Under the pieces are notes generated by a model. It searched no databases, was not told the origin of the DNA, and saw only the letters and a program-made list of their open reading frames with translations. The position numbers and the translations under genes are program-made. A DNA stretch of 64,000 nucleotides, taken from Macrostomum lignano. Lineage: Eukaryota. The stretch covers positions 1 to 64,000 of the forward strand of contig NIVC01000944.1 in the NCBI GenBank assembly GCA_002269645.1, read 5' to 3'. Positions 18,425 to 30,373 of this stretch are shown one piece after another; position 1 is the stretch's first letter; each line of letters begins with the position of its first letter.

Positions 18425-18630
18425 AGGAATGGCAAGTAGCTTCAGGAATGGCAAGTAGCTTCAGGAATAGAAAGTAGCTTCAGGGATGGCAAGTAGCATC
18501 AGGAATGGCAAGTAGCTTAAGGGATGGTGAGTAGCTTCAGGAATGGCAAGTAGCTTCAGGAATAGAAAGTAGCTTCAGGGATGGCAAGTAGCTTCAGGAA
18601 TGGCAAGTAGCTTAAGGGATGGTGAGTAGC
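18425..18630. repeat. 19-bp minisatellite GGAATGGCAAGTAGCTTCA
   Basis: Directly visible downstream of the CAP stop codon. Confidence 0.9.
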
Positions 18631-19174
18631 ATAAGAAGTCAAAACAGGCTAAAAGTGCTTCAGGAATAGCCAGTCAGAAGAAGCCGCGAAAGCCAAGGAC
18701 TTCTGTGGCGGTGCTCAGCTAGGTCAATTACCTGTAATCAAGTGTACTTAAGTGTACACTCAGCGTACTCTCGTTTACTCAAGTGTTACTTTACTACTTT
18801 AGTCAACAAAACTCGAACGAACTAAATGCGAACTGTTTATATATGAGTAATAATAATAAATATGAACTATTGTCATATCTGGACGCAATCTTACAAGCCC
18901 TCGCTTAACGTGTCGCTAGCGAGATTATATTTATAAATATATTCAGCGTCAGGCTCGTAAAAAATAAACAATTAACTAATATAATTTTTATCGTAGGCAG
19001 GGCGAAGCCACAACACATAGAGGAGGGACTCGGGCTGATTCCTTGACAACGCAGACTTTTACTCAGTTGTTTTGCTGTGCGCGACAACGGGCAGAAGTGG
19101 CCGCGGGTGAAGGGAACTAAGTCCGAGTTACTAAGGAATCAAGAAGCCTGAGGCAATCGTTGTGCATTTCCTAC

Positions 19175-19447
19175 TGTCAAGTGCACATGTCCTGCTAAAG
19201 TGCGCGTCTTGCTGTCAAGTGCACATGTACTGTTGTCAAGTGCACATGTACTGTTGTCAAGTGCACATGTACTGTTGTCAAGTGCACATGTACTGTTGTC
19301 AAGTGCACATGTACTGCTGTCAAATGCACATGTACTGCTGTCAAGTGCACATGTACTGCTGTCAAGTGCACATGACTTGCTAAAGTGCACATGTCCTACT
19401 GTCAAGCGCACATGTACTCTTGTCAAGTGCACATGTCCCACTGTCAA
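19175..19447. repeat. 21-bp minisatellite GTCAAGTGCACATGTACTGTT
   Basis: Directly visible. Confidence 0.92.
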
Positions 19448-19955
19448 CAACCATCACCTCTGGCTTTCAGTACTATAAAACAACAAACTACTGCAGGAAT
19501 ACAGCGCGGTAAGCAAACGGGGGTGTTAAAAGTGCATAAACAGCTTTGCGTAGACATGGGGAGGACACGATGCACTCTGACTAGGGGCGGGGAGTACGAG
19601 ATTCAAATAAAAATCAGCTGAATTGCCTCGTCAATAGGCCTGCGGATATAACAATGACTAGGCAAAATACATAGATAAATAATTAAATAATTTTTGGTGC
19701 AAAAACACAGGCGGAAAAGTACAAGGTGGTTGCGAAAGCAATCTAAAAATATGACAAAAACAGCTGGAAAAATAAGCTTCTACACAGACAAATACAACAA
19801 TTTGATTTCTAGGATTGCCTTACCGCAGCCGTGAACTTTTAGCATAATTATAATCCAGTAGTATAATCTATAGTATAAACTATAAATCCAGTTAACACAT
19901 AAGCTCAATATGCATTGCCAAAAAATACTTGCAGTTTCATGCACTCAATAATAAG

Positions 19956-20315
19956 ATTGCTCAGTCCAATCTGTAGATTGCTCAGTCCAATCTGTAGATT
20001 GTTCAGTCCAATCTGTAGACTGTTCAGTCCAATCTGTAGACTGCTCAGTCCAATCTGTAGATTGCTCAGTCCAATCTGTAGATTGTTCAGTCCAATCTGT
20101 AGATTGCTCAGTCCAATCTGTAGATTGCTCAGTCCAATCTGTAGATTGTTCAGTCCAATCTGTAGACTGTTCAGTCCAATCTGTAGACTGTTCAGTCCAA
20201 TCTGTAGACTGTTCAGTCCAATCTGTAGATTGCTCAGTCCAATCTGTAGACTTCTCAGTCAAATCTGTAGATTGCTCAGTCGAATCTATAGATTGTTCAG
20301 TGCAATCTGCAGATT
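19956..20315. repeat. 21-bp minisatellite GATTGCTCAGTCCAATCTGTA
   Basis: Directly visible, ~17 copies. Confidence 0.93.
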
Positions 20316-20830
20316 TTTCAGGATTTCTCCGTCCAGTCAGACTGCAGATGGTTAGTAAACTGAGCACGCCAATGTAAGTGACAGCAGCTGCCCAGTGCAG
20401 AAATGAATGGCGGCAGACCAAGGCCAGAGAAGAAGCAACAGCAGACCACAAGTTCTACATCGAATGCAAGCAACGGCGCAGTTATAAGAAAGCGACATCT
20501 CTGCTAGATGCTTTTGCAATAAAATAAATTCAACAGAAGTTAACTCGACAGAGAAAGAGAGAAACGAAAAAGACACGAACCATGCAAGCACACATGGCCG
20601 CGGCAGCAAGACAGGAGAAACGAAAAAGAAAACGCGCGCAGACGAGCATGCAGCCGAGATAAAATGTGAATATTTAAAGCGAATTATTCGAACTTCGCCA
20701 GCATAGTTAATAACAAGCAGCGTCTTGGCAGCGAGACAAAAACTATATAAGTATGAATAAAAATGGTTATATACGCCATACATGCATTACTGAGTAAGCC
20801 TATTTAGTCGCTGTCAGATCCGGGCTGGCC

Positions 20831-23800
20831 TCAGTTGTTCTGGTTCTGCTGGTTGTTCTCAAAGAACATGAAGTCCTGCAATGCAAAGGAGCAGAGTTGA
20901 AGCTCAGACTGCATGGAATCCCAGCAACTGGGGAGTCGGGGCCAGAGGCAGTCAGACTGGAATCCCAGCAACTGGGGAGTCGGGGCCAGAGGCAGTCAGA
21001 CTGGAATCCCAGCAACTGGGGAGTCGGGGCCAGAGGCAGTCAGACTGGAATCCCAGCAACTGGGGAGTCGGGGCCAGAGACAGTCAGACTGGAATCCCAG
21101 CAACTGGGGAGTCGGGGCCAGACACAGAGTACTTACGATGAGGAACACGGCTCCCACCATGGCGGCCTTGATCTTCACGTCCAGGTCCATCGGGACTGAA
21201 GTGGTGGGGAAGTGGGATGCGAACTGCTGTTGCAGATTGTGCATTTCTAGACAGAATCAGTCACAACAGCCTAGTTTAACCAGAGACAGCTGCTCTACTG
21301 TCCAATGTCCCAGTGACATCTAAGTGGCATCAGTGACATATAAATTTCATGATTCAAAGGCAACGCAAATGTAAATGGCAATAGTGACATCAAATTGACA
21401 TCACCAGTGCCACCAAAATGGCCTCAGTGCCATCAAATGGCCTCAATGCCATCAAGCCAGTGCCATTAAAATAGCCTCAGTGCCATGAAAATGGCCTAGT
21501 GCCATGAAAATCGCCTCAGTGTCACCAAGCCAGTGCCATCAAAATGGCCTCAGTGCCATCAAAATGGACTCAGTGCCATCAAATGGCCTCAGTGCCATCA
21601 AATGGCCTCAGTGCCATCAAATGGCCTCAGTGCCATCAAATGGCCTCAGTGCCATCAAAATGGCCTCAGTGCCATCAAATGGCCTCAGTGCCATCAAAAT
21701 GATCTCAGTGCCATCAAATGGCCTCAGTGCCATCAAAATGATCTCAGTGCCATCAAATGGCCTCAGTGCCATCAAATGGCCTCAGTGCCATCAAATGGCC
21801 TCAGTGCCCGCAAAATTAGCATCGACGTGGCGCCAAAAAGCAACGCCAAGTTCAGGAAACCCTGCGGTGGACACCAATCCACCGCTGTCACCAGCCACTC
21901 ACAGGACACGCCAAAATTGTCAGCATCCGTGAAGTACTCCCGGATGAAACCGGACCACTGCTTGCTGATCTTGCCAACTTCATGCGCCATGTCGGCTGAG
22001 TACACCTGAGCGGGGTGGGTGGGGTCGGGGAGCACTTAGATTCTGCATCCTGTACTGTCACAGCATCACATCCTGTACTGTCACAGCATCACATCCTGTA
22101 CTGTTACAGCATCACATCCTGTACTGTCACAGCATCACATCCTGTACTGTCACAGCATCACATCCTGTACTCACAGCATCACATCCTGTACTGTCACAGC
22201 ATCACATCCTGTACTCACAGCATCACATCCTGTACTGTCACAGCATCACATCCTGTACTGTCACAGCATCACATCTGCAACAGCCTGTACTGTCACAGTA
22301 TCACATCTGCAACAGCCTGTACTGTCACAGCATCACATCTGCAACAGCCTGTACTGTCACAGCATCACATCTGCAACACCTGTCACAGCATCACATCTGC
22401 AACAACCTGTACTGTCACAGCATCACATCTGCAACAGCCTGTACTGTCACAGCATCACATCTGCAACAGCCTGTACTGTTACAGCATCACATCTGCAACA
22501 CCTGTACTGAACAGCATCACATCTGCAACAACCTGTACTGTCACAGCATCACATCTGCAACAACCTGTACTGTCACAGCATCACATCTGCAACAACCTGT
22601 ACTGTCACAGCATCACATCTGCAACAACCTGTACTGTTACAGCATCACATCTGCAATAACCTGTACTGTCACAGCATCACATCTGCAACAACCTGTACTG
22701 TCACAGCATCACATCTGCAACACCTGTCATAGCATCAAGATCCAAATCTCGAGCGCTCAGCAACAGTGCACAAAGCTCATACCTTGAACTCCTGGTCCCA
22801 GGTGCAGCAGGGTCCCTGGCAGATGCACACGGGGCCCCGTATCTGCAGGACGGTCTTGCGCCCAGCGTCCTGGATGACGTAGCTGGGCTCCAGGCAGCTG
22901 CACTGCTGCTTGACGTAGGCGATGACACTGCCGGGTGGGGCCTCGATCTGCAGTTCGTGGGCGCAGCAGTCCATGCCGGCCATGCAGTAGCAGCCGGGGC
23001 AGGCGCAGCACTTGAACTGCCGGGTCACGCGGATCACCTCGGCGCCAAGGTTGTCGGTGATGTGCATCACAAAGCCGCGCTGTGGGCCGCAGCACTGCCT
23101 GGCGCACACGTCCGACTCTTCGGCAGCGAAGTACACCTGCTGGCCCATGCTGTTCTTCACCTGCGGGGCGGTCGGGAGCTCCAGTAATACTAGTCAGAAT
23201 TGGGATCTCACCCGATCGACTTCAAGATCCTTAAATCTCACCCTATCTACTTTAAGATCCCTAAATCTCACCCCATTGACTTCAAAATCCTTAAATCTCA
23301 CACCATCGACTTCAAGATTCCTGAATCTCACCCATTGACTTCAAGATCCCTAAATCTCACCCCATTGACTTCAAGATCCCTAAATCTCACCCCATTGACT
23401 TCAAGATCCCTAAATCTCACCCCATTGACTTCAAGATCCCTAAATCTCACCCCATTGACTTCAAGATCCCTAAATCTCACCCCATTGACTTCAAGATCCC
23501 TAAATCTCACCCCATTGACTTCAAGATCCCTAAATCTCACCCCATTGACTTCAAGATCCCTAGACCGCAGCCCATCCAGTTTAGGAACTGTAAATCTTAT
23601 CCTACATCAGGATCCCTGCTCTCACTCTATTAACATTGGAATCTACAACCACTGAAAGGATTTCTACACCAACTGAAGCCTCTCACCTGGTACTTATTCT
23701 TTGTCTCCCAGTTGGTGAACACCTCCAGCAGTTCGATCTGCTGATGCACCAGCAGCTGGTCCACCTGGGTCAGGTACTCCAGCCCGGGTGGGCAGCCGGG

Positions 23801-23942
23801 AAAGGCGGCAGGCTTGTTCATCCACACCACCTGGCCGGTGGGGGCACCCAGCTGAGGCTGCTGAGGCACCGGGGCATAGCCAGCTTGCATTGGCTGCCCC
23901 TGTGGCTGCTGGTAGCCGGGGCCTGCATAGCCCACAGCTGGG

Positions 23943-23980
<38 letters not shown>

Positions 23981-24001
23981 TGGCTGCTGAGGGGCCGACA
24001 T
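20831..24001 (-). CDS. PLSCR: Phospholipid scramblase, 299 aa; exons 24001-23687, 23160-22783, 22005-21903, 21195-21137, 20875-20831
   Basis: P/Q-rich N-terminus then [95 protein letters not shown] introns; 900 nt in frame. Confidence 0.93.
20905..21122. repeat. 44-bp minisatellite (scramblase intron 4)
   Basis: GTCAGACTGGAATCCCAGCAACTGGGGAGTCGGGGCCAGAGGCA, ~5 copies. Confidence 0.92.
21405..21808. repeat. ~19-bp minisatellite AAATGGCCTCAGTGCCATC (scramblase intron 3)
   Basis: Directly visible. Confidence 0.92.
22025..22735. repeat. 23/32-bp minisatellite TGTACTGTCACAGCATCACATC(C/TGCAACAACC) (scramblase intron 2)
   Basis: Directly visible; the unit lengthens from 23 to 32 bp along the array. 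Confidence 0.92.
23200..23560. repeat. 30-bp minisatellite GACTTCAAGATCCCTAAATCTCACCCCATT (scramblase intron 1)
   Basis: Directly visible, ~12 copies. Confidence 0.93.
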
Positions 24002-24455
24002 GGCACTGTCTGCTGAGGCTAGATTGACTTAGAAGAGAAGGCCTGAAAAATGCATTAAAAAATTCAAAAACAACTTTAATTAATTTTGCCATACAAAATT
24101 TTTTCTTAAAGTAACCCAACTACCACACAGCTATCTTGACGACTAGTTAAATTACAATAATTTTGTACATATTTATATGACTTGTTTTTCTATGATTTTC
24201 TATAGTCATCAAATTATAAATGTTTGTTATTCATTTTTTGTATTATAATTTGTCATGGCACCTTAACTTTCATCTTAGCAATCTGAATTTGAACCTCAAT
24301 TGCCAAATTGGCACTTTGTTTGAACAGAACTGGATTCTATTATAATTTAAATCCTGGTGTATTTTATAGTTTATGTTTATCTAAATCAACTATGGTTACA
24401 TAGAAATACTTAATAAGGAATATTAAATACAAATTTATTCCATTCACTATTCACC

Positions 24456-27221
24456 TGTGACATAGTGACACGATGAACTTTGCTACAGGTTGCATGCACT
24501 GTAGTGTGGACTCACTAGCAGTGGAGTTGTTATTGATCGGCTTAGAGATTGTATTTTATTCCACCCCACCCCATGCGCGCGTTTGAATCTGTCTGCACCC
24601 ACCACCTCAGTGCTAAATAATAAATGTGAACAGCCTAGCTCTCAAGCGAGCACCTTTTACTAACTCCTGCAATTCCACACTTCTGCCTCGCTTAACAAAG
24701 TTATCACAATGGCGACGAGTCTGCCCACGCTGGGCCAACTGCTACCATCTACAAACATCGAGATCTTCCTAGAGCGTCTCGAGCAGTACTTCATCTGCAA
24801 GGAGGTGAAGGATGAGGCAAAAGTGGCAACTCTGATCACGTCGATTGGAGAGGAGGCTTACATCACACTGCGGAGTCTGTGCCAGCCGGTCCAAGTGGCG
24901 CAGAAGTCTTACGCTGACTTGAAGAAGCTGCTGACAACGCACTTCGCACCCAAGCCTTCGGAGCTAGCTGCGAGGTTCCGTTTCCAACAACGAACTCAGC
25001 AAGCAGGCGAGAGCTTCACGGCATTCATCGCGGGGCTCCAGGCTCTGTCAGCTGACTGCAACTTCGGTGAGTCGCTAAATGAGCGGCTCCGAGACCAACT
25101 CGTGTTCGGCCTTCGAAGCGACGCCTATCGAGCCAAGCTGCTGGAAGTCGTTGAGCCGACTTTCGAATCCCTGCAAACAAAGGCTATGTCGCTGGAGTCT
25201 GCAGAGCGTTCGTCCCTGGAGATGTCACAAAGGGCATCGGAGTCTGTTGCCAATCTGCAATTTGTCAGCAAGAGAGGTAGCCGCAAGCAGGTGACACCTT
25301 CAGCGCACCACAGAGGGCATCGGGTCAGCGGCAGCGAAAACGGCGGCAGCGGCAACGGCGGCAGCGGCAACGGCAGCGGCAACGGTGGCGGTGGCAGCTC
25401 ATGCAAAAGCTGTGGCGGTTCTCACGAGCGTCATTCATGCAAGTTCAGGGACGCCAAGTGCCATGCATGCGGCAAGGTCGGCCATATCCGCAAGGTCTGC
25501 CAGTCCACCAAGCAGGCCAAGCTACACATGCTACAAGAGGAGCGGATGGCACCTACTGTCGAAGGCGCGTGTGACACCCAGGTGCCCATCTTCGCAGTCC
25601 GACCAACAGGCAGAAACGCTGGACCGACAGTCATGCTGCTCGTCAACGGCCAGGAATGCCAGTTTGTCATCGACACCGGCTCTGCAGTTACCCTGATGCC
25701 GCAGCAGCTGCAGCAAAAATTACTCCCTCAGCTACAGCTGGCTCCATCTGCCGCAGTTCTGCGAACCTTCACCAATGAACGCTTTCATCCGCGAGGCCAA
25801 GCCACAGTCTGCGTCCAGCACAACGCCCAGCAGCTACAGCTACCGCTGCTTGTAGTCGACAAAGGAGACACGGCACTGCTGGGACGAGACTGGCTGGCTC
25901 ACCTTGGGCTGGACTGGCCGACAATAATGGCCCAGGTGCACGCAGTGTCCACCGATTACGACATCAGCGACCTGCATGAGAGATTCGCTGCGGTGTTCGA
26001 GAACCGACTTGGCAAATTTCGACACAATCAAGGCTCCGCCCCGGTACAGCCATGGCCATTTCCGACTGAGCCATGGGAGCGGTTGCACGTCGACTTTGTG
26101 GGACCCGTGGACGGCCGCACTTACCTGGTCCTGGTCGACGCGCACAGCAAGTGGCCAGAGGTGCACAGGATGAGCAGCACCACTGCAACTGTGACGATCA
26201 GCTGCCTGCGAGAAATCTTCGCTCGTCTCGGCCTACCGAGAACCTTGGTGTCGGACAACGGGCCACAATTCGCTTCGGCCGAGTTCGCTGAGTTCGTCAG
26301 TTCCAACGGCATCCGGCACATCTTCTCGGCGCCATTCCACCCGGCGACCAACGGCCAGGCCGAGCGCTTCGTCCAGTTGCTGAAGCGGCATCTGAGTAAG
26401 TGCGGTCACTCCAACGCGCAACTTCAACGACTGCTGATGGCCTATCGCAACACTCCGCACAGCGTCAGTGGCACCGCGCCGAGTCAGCTGCTCATTGGCC
26501 GCCGGCTGCGCAGCCGGCTGGACCTCCTGACACCATCGTTGACTTCGGCCATGCAACAGCGACAGCAGCATCAGCTTCAGCAGCAGCGGCCAGCGCGCCA
26601 GTTCCAGCCTGGAGATCGTGTGCTCTACCGCGATTTCAGCACTGCTGCTCGTGCAGGAGAAAGCAGCCGCTGGGCCGAAGGTGTCATTGTCAATGCCGGC
26701 ACTCGCAACTGCACAGTCGATTCTGGGCGCGGCGTACAAGCGCGACACGCTGACCAGCTGCTGGCGGCTCCCGCTGGGTTGGCCGAGTCGAATAACAGCA
26801 CAACCCCGGCCGAGGACTGCGCGGCACCTGACGCTGGCGGCACGCCAGCCTCGCCGCAGGCAGACACGGCTGACTCTGCTAACGAGGCACCCCGGCGCTA
26901 CCCGACTCGAGTTCGAGCACCACCTGACAGATTGATGCTGCAGTGAGGGTGTTAACTTAGGGGGGAGATGTGACATAGTGACACGATGAACTTTGCTATA
27001 GGTTGCATGCACTGTAGTGTGGACTCACTAGCAGTGGAGTTGTTATTGATCGGCTTAGAGATTGTATTTTATTCCACCCCACCCCATGCGCGCGTTTGAA
27101 TCTGTCTGCACCCACCACCTCAGTGCTAAATAATAAATGTGAACAGCCTAGCTCTCAAGCGAGCACCTTTTACTAACTCCTGCAATTCCACACTTCTGCC
27201 TCGCTTAACAAAGTTATCACA
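24456..27221 (+). mobile_element. Gypsy (Mag-like) LTR retrotransposon, 2766 bp, non-autonomous (RT/RNase H deleted)
   Basis: 253-bp LTRs at 24456-24708 and 26969-27221 (TG...CA, one mismatch found). 5-bp TSD TCACC; PBS TGGCGACGAG (24710-24719, complementary to the tRNA-Ser(GCU) 3' end); PPT TTAGGGGGGAGA. Confidence 0.97.
24709..26946 (+). CDS. Gag-protease-integrase core fusion polyprotein, 745 aa, lacking RT and RNase H
   Basis: Gag (FLERLEQYF..RLRDQLVFGL), zinc knuckles CKSCGGSHERHSC and CHACGKVGHIRKVC, protease IDTGSAVTL, integrase D-D-E (HVDFVGP, SDNGPQF, NGQAERFV). No YxDD or RNase H motifs. Confidence 0.93.
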   Translation: MATSLPTLGQLLPSTNIEIFLERLEQYFICKEVKDEAKVATLITSIGEEAYITLRSLCQPVQVAQKSYADLKKLLTTHFAPKPSELAARFRFQQRTQQAGESFTAFIAGLQALSADCNFGESLNERLRDQLVFGLRSDAYRAKLLEVVEPTFESLQTKAMSLESAERSSLEMSQRASESVANLQFVSKRGSRKQVTPSAHHRGHRVSGSENGGSGNGGSGNGSGNGGGGSSCKSCGGSHERHSCKFRDAKCHACGKVGHIRKVCQSTKQAKLHMLQEERMAPTVEGACDTQVPIFAVRPTGRNAGPTVMLLVNGQECQFVIDTGSAVTLMPQQLQQKLLPQLQLAPSAAVLRTFTNERFHPRGQATVCVQHNAQQLQLPLLVVDKGDTALLGRDWLAHLGLDWPTIMAQVHAVSTDYDISDLHERFAAVFENRLGKFRHNQGSAPVQPWPFPTEPWERLHVDFVGPVDGRTYLVLVDAHSKWPEVHRMSSTTATVTISCLREIFARLGLPRTLVSDNGPQFASAEFAEFVSSNGIRHIFSAPFHPATNGQAERFVQLLKRHLSKCGHSNAQLQRLLMAYRNTPHSVSGTAPSQLLIGRRLRSRLDLLTPSLTSAMQQRQQHQLQQQRPARQFQPGDRVLYRDFSTAARAGESSRWAEGVIVNAGTRNCTVDSGRGVQARHADQLLAAPAGLAESNNSTTPAEDCAAPDAGGTPASPQADTADSANEAPRRYPTRVRAPPDRLMLQ

Positions 27222-28665
27222 TCACCTTATTATAATCAACTTGTAAAATACATGTAGTCTTGTATTGAATTCCTTTCTAGGATATTAAAATAAAATTATA
27301 CTTGAACTAGAAATCAGCAATATATTATATATTAGAACAAATTTATTTTTTTGGTAAATTTTAATTTATTTAAGATTAATCAAATCAAGACTAAGCTTTA
27401 AGACTGAGTAAAAAATATATTGTAATACCTAGCAAAAAACATTTTGCAATTTGAAATAAAATCAATCCAGATATATATAACATCAGGTATAGGGCATATT
27501 CGAATGACCTTATGAAAGATTTATTTGTTATTTTTTCATTGTTAGAAGTGAGACTACATGAAATCTAAACAAAATTTATCTTTGATATTAAAAATGTAAT
27601 AAAATTAAGACAGGATAGTGCTAAGAAAATACCTACATAAGATTACTCATTAAAAAGCATAGGTTTTTTCTAGGACAGTATAGGCTACTTATAAGTTGAG
27701 ATATTGTATACAATTTATAAAATCCAATTTTTGTTTGCAATAAACTAAGTTATTAAATCTCTTTTATTAATTTTTTTATTCTAAATTTCACTTCCTTATC
27801 TATGATATATAAAAATTTACTAAACTATATATCTAAAGGAAAAGCAAAAAACGACACCATGACATCCGTTTAGAAGCAAAACATGGTCTAGACTAACTAC
27901 ATAACTTTTTATGTCTGAAAAGATCAGAGATTAATACTAGATACGAAGAGTCAAAGGTAAGTTTCACACTTTATTTTTTTCTTTTCAAATTCAGCGCGAA
28001 TTGAAACATCGTCCTCTATTGTCGTTATGTCCATTGTCGTTATAAAGTCGTTTAGTGGTTATACAAATTTTATTCAAAACTGGCAAAATTATAGACCCCC
28101 TCTGGCAATTTTTGTTTGCTGCGTCCGAATGAAATAACGCAAGCACACAAATTCAAGCGCCAGAATTCTTAAAGTTTATTTGGGGACGAGGTAAATTTAA
28201 GCTGCGGAACGGAACGATATTAACAAATCAGTCTGTAGCTTAAAGTGAGTTCAACAACATGCCCCCATGATCTTAAGATCACCAGTTAGAAGTTAAGGTA
28301 GCGTAGTTAAGGCGCTGATTTCGCACGCATCGAATCGAGAGCTCTCCGCTCTACGCTTTGGTCAGTATACTGCCCATCATTGCCCGGGTGCTGCTGTTGG
28401 GAGTCGGGCGCCGGGCGGGTGTCGGAAATGTGGCGGGGTAGTTTATCGACTTTCACCGATACGCCACAAGTTGGACCGGCCTGTCACGCCCGCGCGGCCA
28501 CTCTCCTGCTGGCGTTGTGATCAATACGCAGGGGCGTCACCATGGATTTTATGGTGATGGGGGTCGACAAAGCCAAGAATTGTACATGTGCATGTACATG
28601 ACTAAATTTCTACATTTACTTTATTTTAAGAATCGGTGTCGACAGAAATTATTTTAGCGCCGCAG

Positions 28666-28790
28666 GCACTCAATTTAGCGCCGCAGGCACTCATTTTAGC
28701 GCCGCAGAAGGCACGATCATTTTACTGCCACAGGCACTTATTTTAGCGTCGCAGGCACCATTTTAGCGCAGCAGGCACTCATTTTAACGC
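28666..28790. repeat. Degenerate 21-bp repeat TTTAGCGCCGCAGGCACTCAT
   Basis: About 6 visible copies. Confidence 0.8.
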
Positions 28791-30373
28791 GATATAGTTT
28801 GAAGGTTCGTAGACAAAGATTCTCTAGCAAGCACCGGAGATCTTTTGCATTAAGTCTACATGCGGAACAGAACGGTATTAACAAAAGATTCTGTGCCAAG
28901 TTACTCAGAGTTCGACAGCATTCAGGAGCTACATGTATAGCATGGGATAATTTTGTTGCACTACTCTGAAACAGTTACTGCTCGTAATTCAGTCACAAGC
29001 TGCCCTCATAAATTTTGAGATTTTCAATTTTAAGCTTTTTAAATATAGACTAATGTGAGGGCCTTGTTTTTATTTCTAGATAGAATAGTTCTTGAGTTTG
29101 CTCAAGTGTACGCGAGCAGGTGTAAATTTAAATCGAATAACCATGCAATTATGTGCCTACAGTACTGGACAATACGGACTCATTTCTCAAATAATTTAAA
29201 GAATTTGTAATGGAATTTTTTTAAATTCGCATTTTAGAGCACAATTTGTTTCAAGGACCTTAAGCTAAGATCGGATAGTCTTATTCTCGATCACGTCATC
29301 TCAGTCGTCACTCCCACATGTATGTAATACACCACCGTTGTTTGCTATTCTACAAATCTCAAATCTGCTGACTTAAATTGCGATTTCAACATTTGCCTCT
29401 CATTCTCCACTGCCCGGCCATCCGTCTGGATTTCAAGTCGCTCATCTTGAGCAGCCACTTAAGCTCTCTCCGCTATTATTGATCGGGTCCAATAACATTG
29501 AGCAGGCCGGGCGGCTGTCAAATAAGCAAGCCCCCCTCAAGCTCCTGGCCCACAACGGCTTTCTGCAGCTTCTTCTTTTGCTCCAGAGCGGAGATCGCGC
29601 GGCCAAGCCATTTCAAGCTGGGGAGATGAGAACCCGGCGGTGATTATCGCTGCAGGTGTTCACACAGCCGGCGCCCGGACAGGAGTGGGGCGACCCGGCC
29701 AGGGAGGCCCGCGGGGCAGCCCGGCCTCCCCGAACAGTCGGAAAGCCATTTGAAGGCCGCCCGGCTCGTTCAACTCCTCGTCAAACAAAAGCGATCGGTT
29801 TCCAAGAAAATCCTAAAGATTTTCTTTAGCCGCGGAGACTCGATCGGCAAGGAATCGGCCGCCACGCGAGCGCCCCGAGAGTTGAGCCGCGAATCGGCAA
29901 TGCAAAGCATTATTGAAATTACGTGTCATCTTACCCCACCAGACCCCGGCTCAGCCCGCCAGGTGAACTGACACTCCGCCTAAACACCGGATTTCACGCC
30001 TGATCCCCTGCCGGCTGCTGGGGAAGTTGCTCCAGCCCGGGGCCGTGTTTGGGAGAAAAGTGGTTGCAGCTGCCGCAGCCAACTTCTCAGCCGCCGACAA
30101 CCCCCCAGCTTGGCCTCTTGTCTTTTTCCTCTTTCACTCATCCTTCATTGCCACACTCGACTCATCTTTCACTGAGCGGGCGTGAGGCGCAGCGGGAATC
30201 GATGGGGCGATCAGTTTGTCCAAGCGCGCGCGTCACCCCTGCAGCTGCTTTTTCCTGTGGATAAAAAGGCAGCGGCGCGCAGCTCCCGGGATGCAGCGGG
30301 ATCAACTTCGCTGGCTGCAAACCGAAATACCCGCTAATTTATCCGCTTACCTGAGCGATCGGATCCAAGTATC

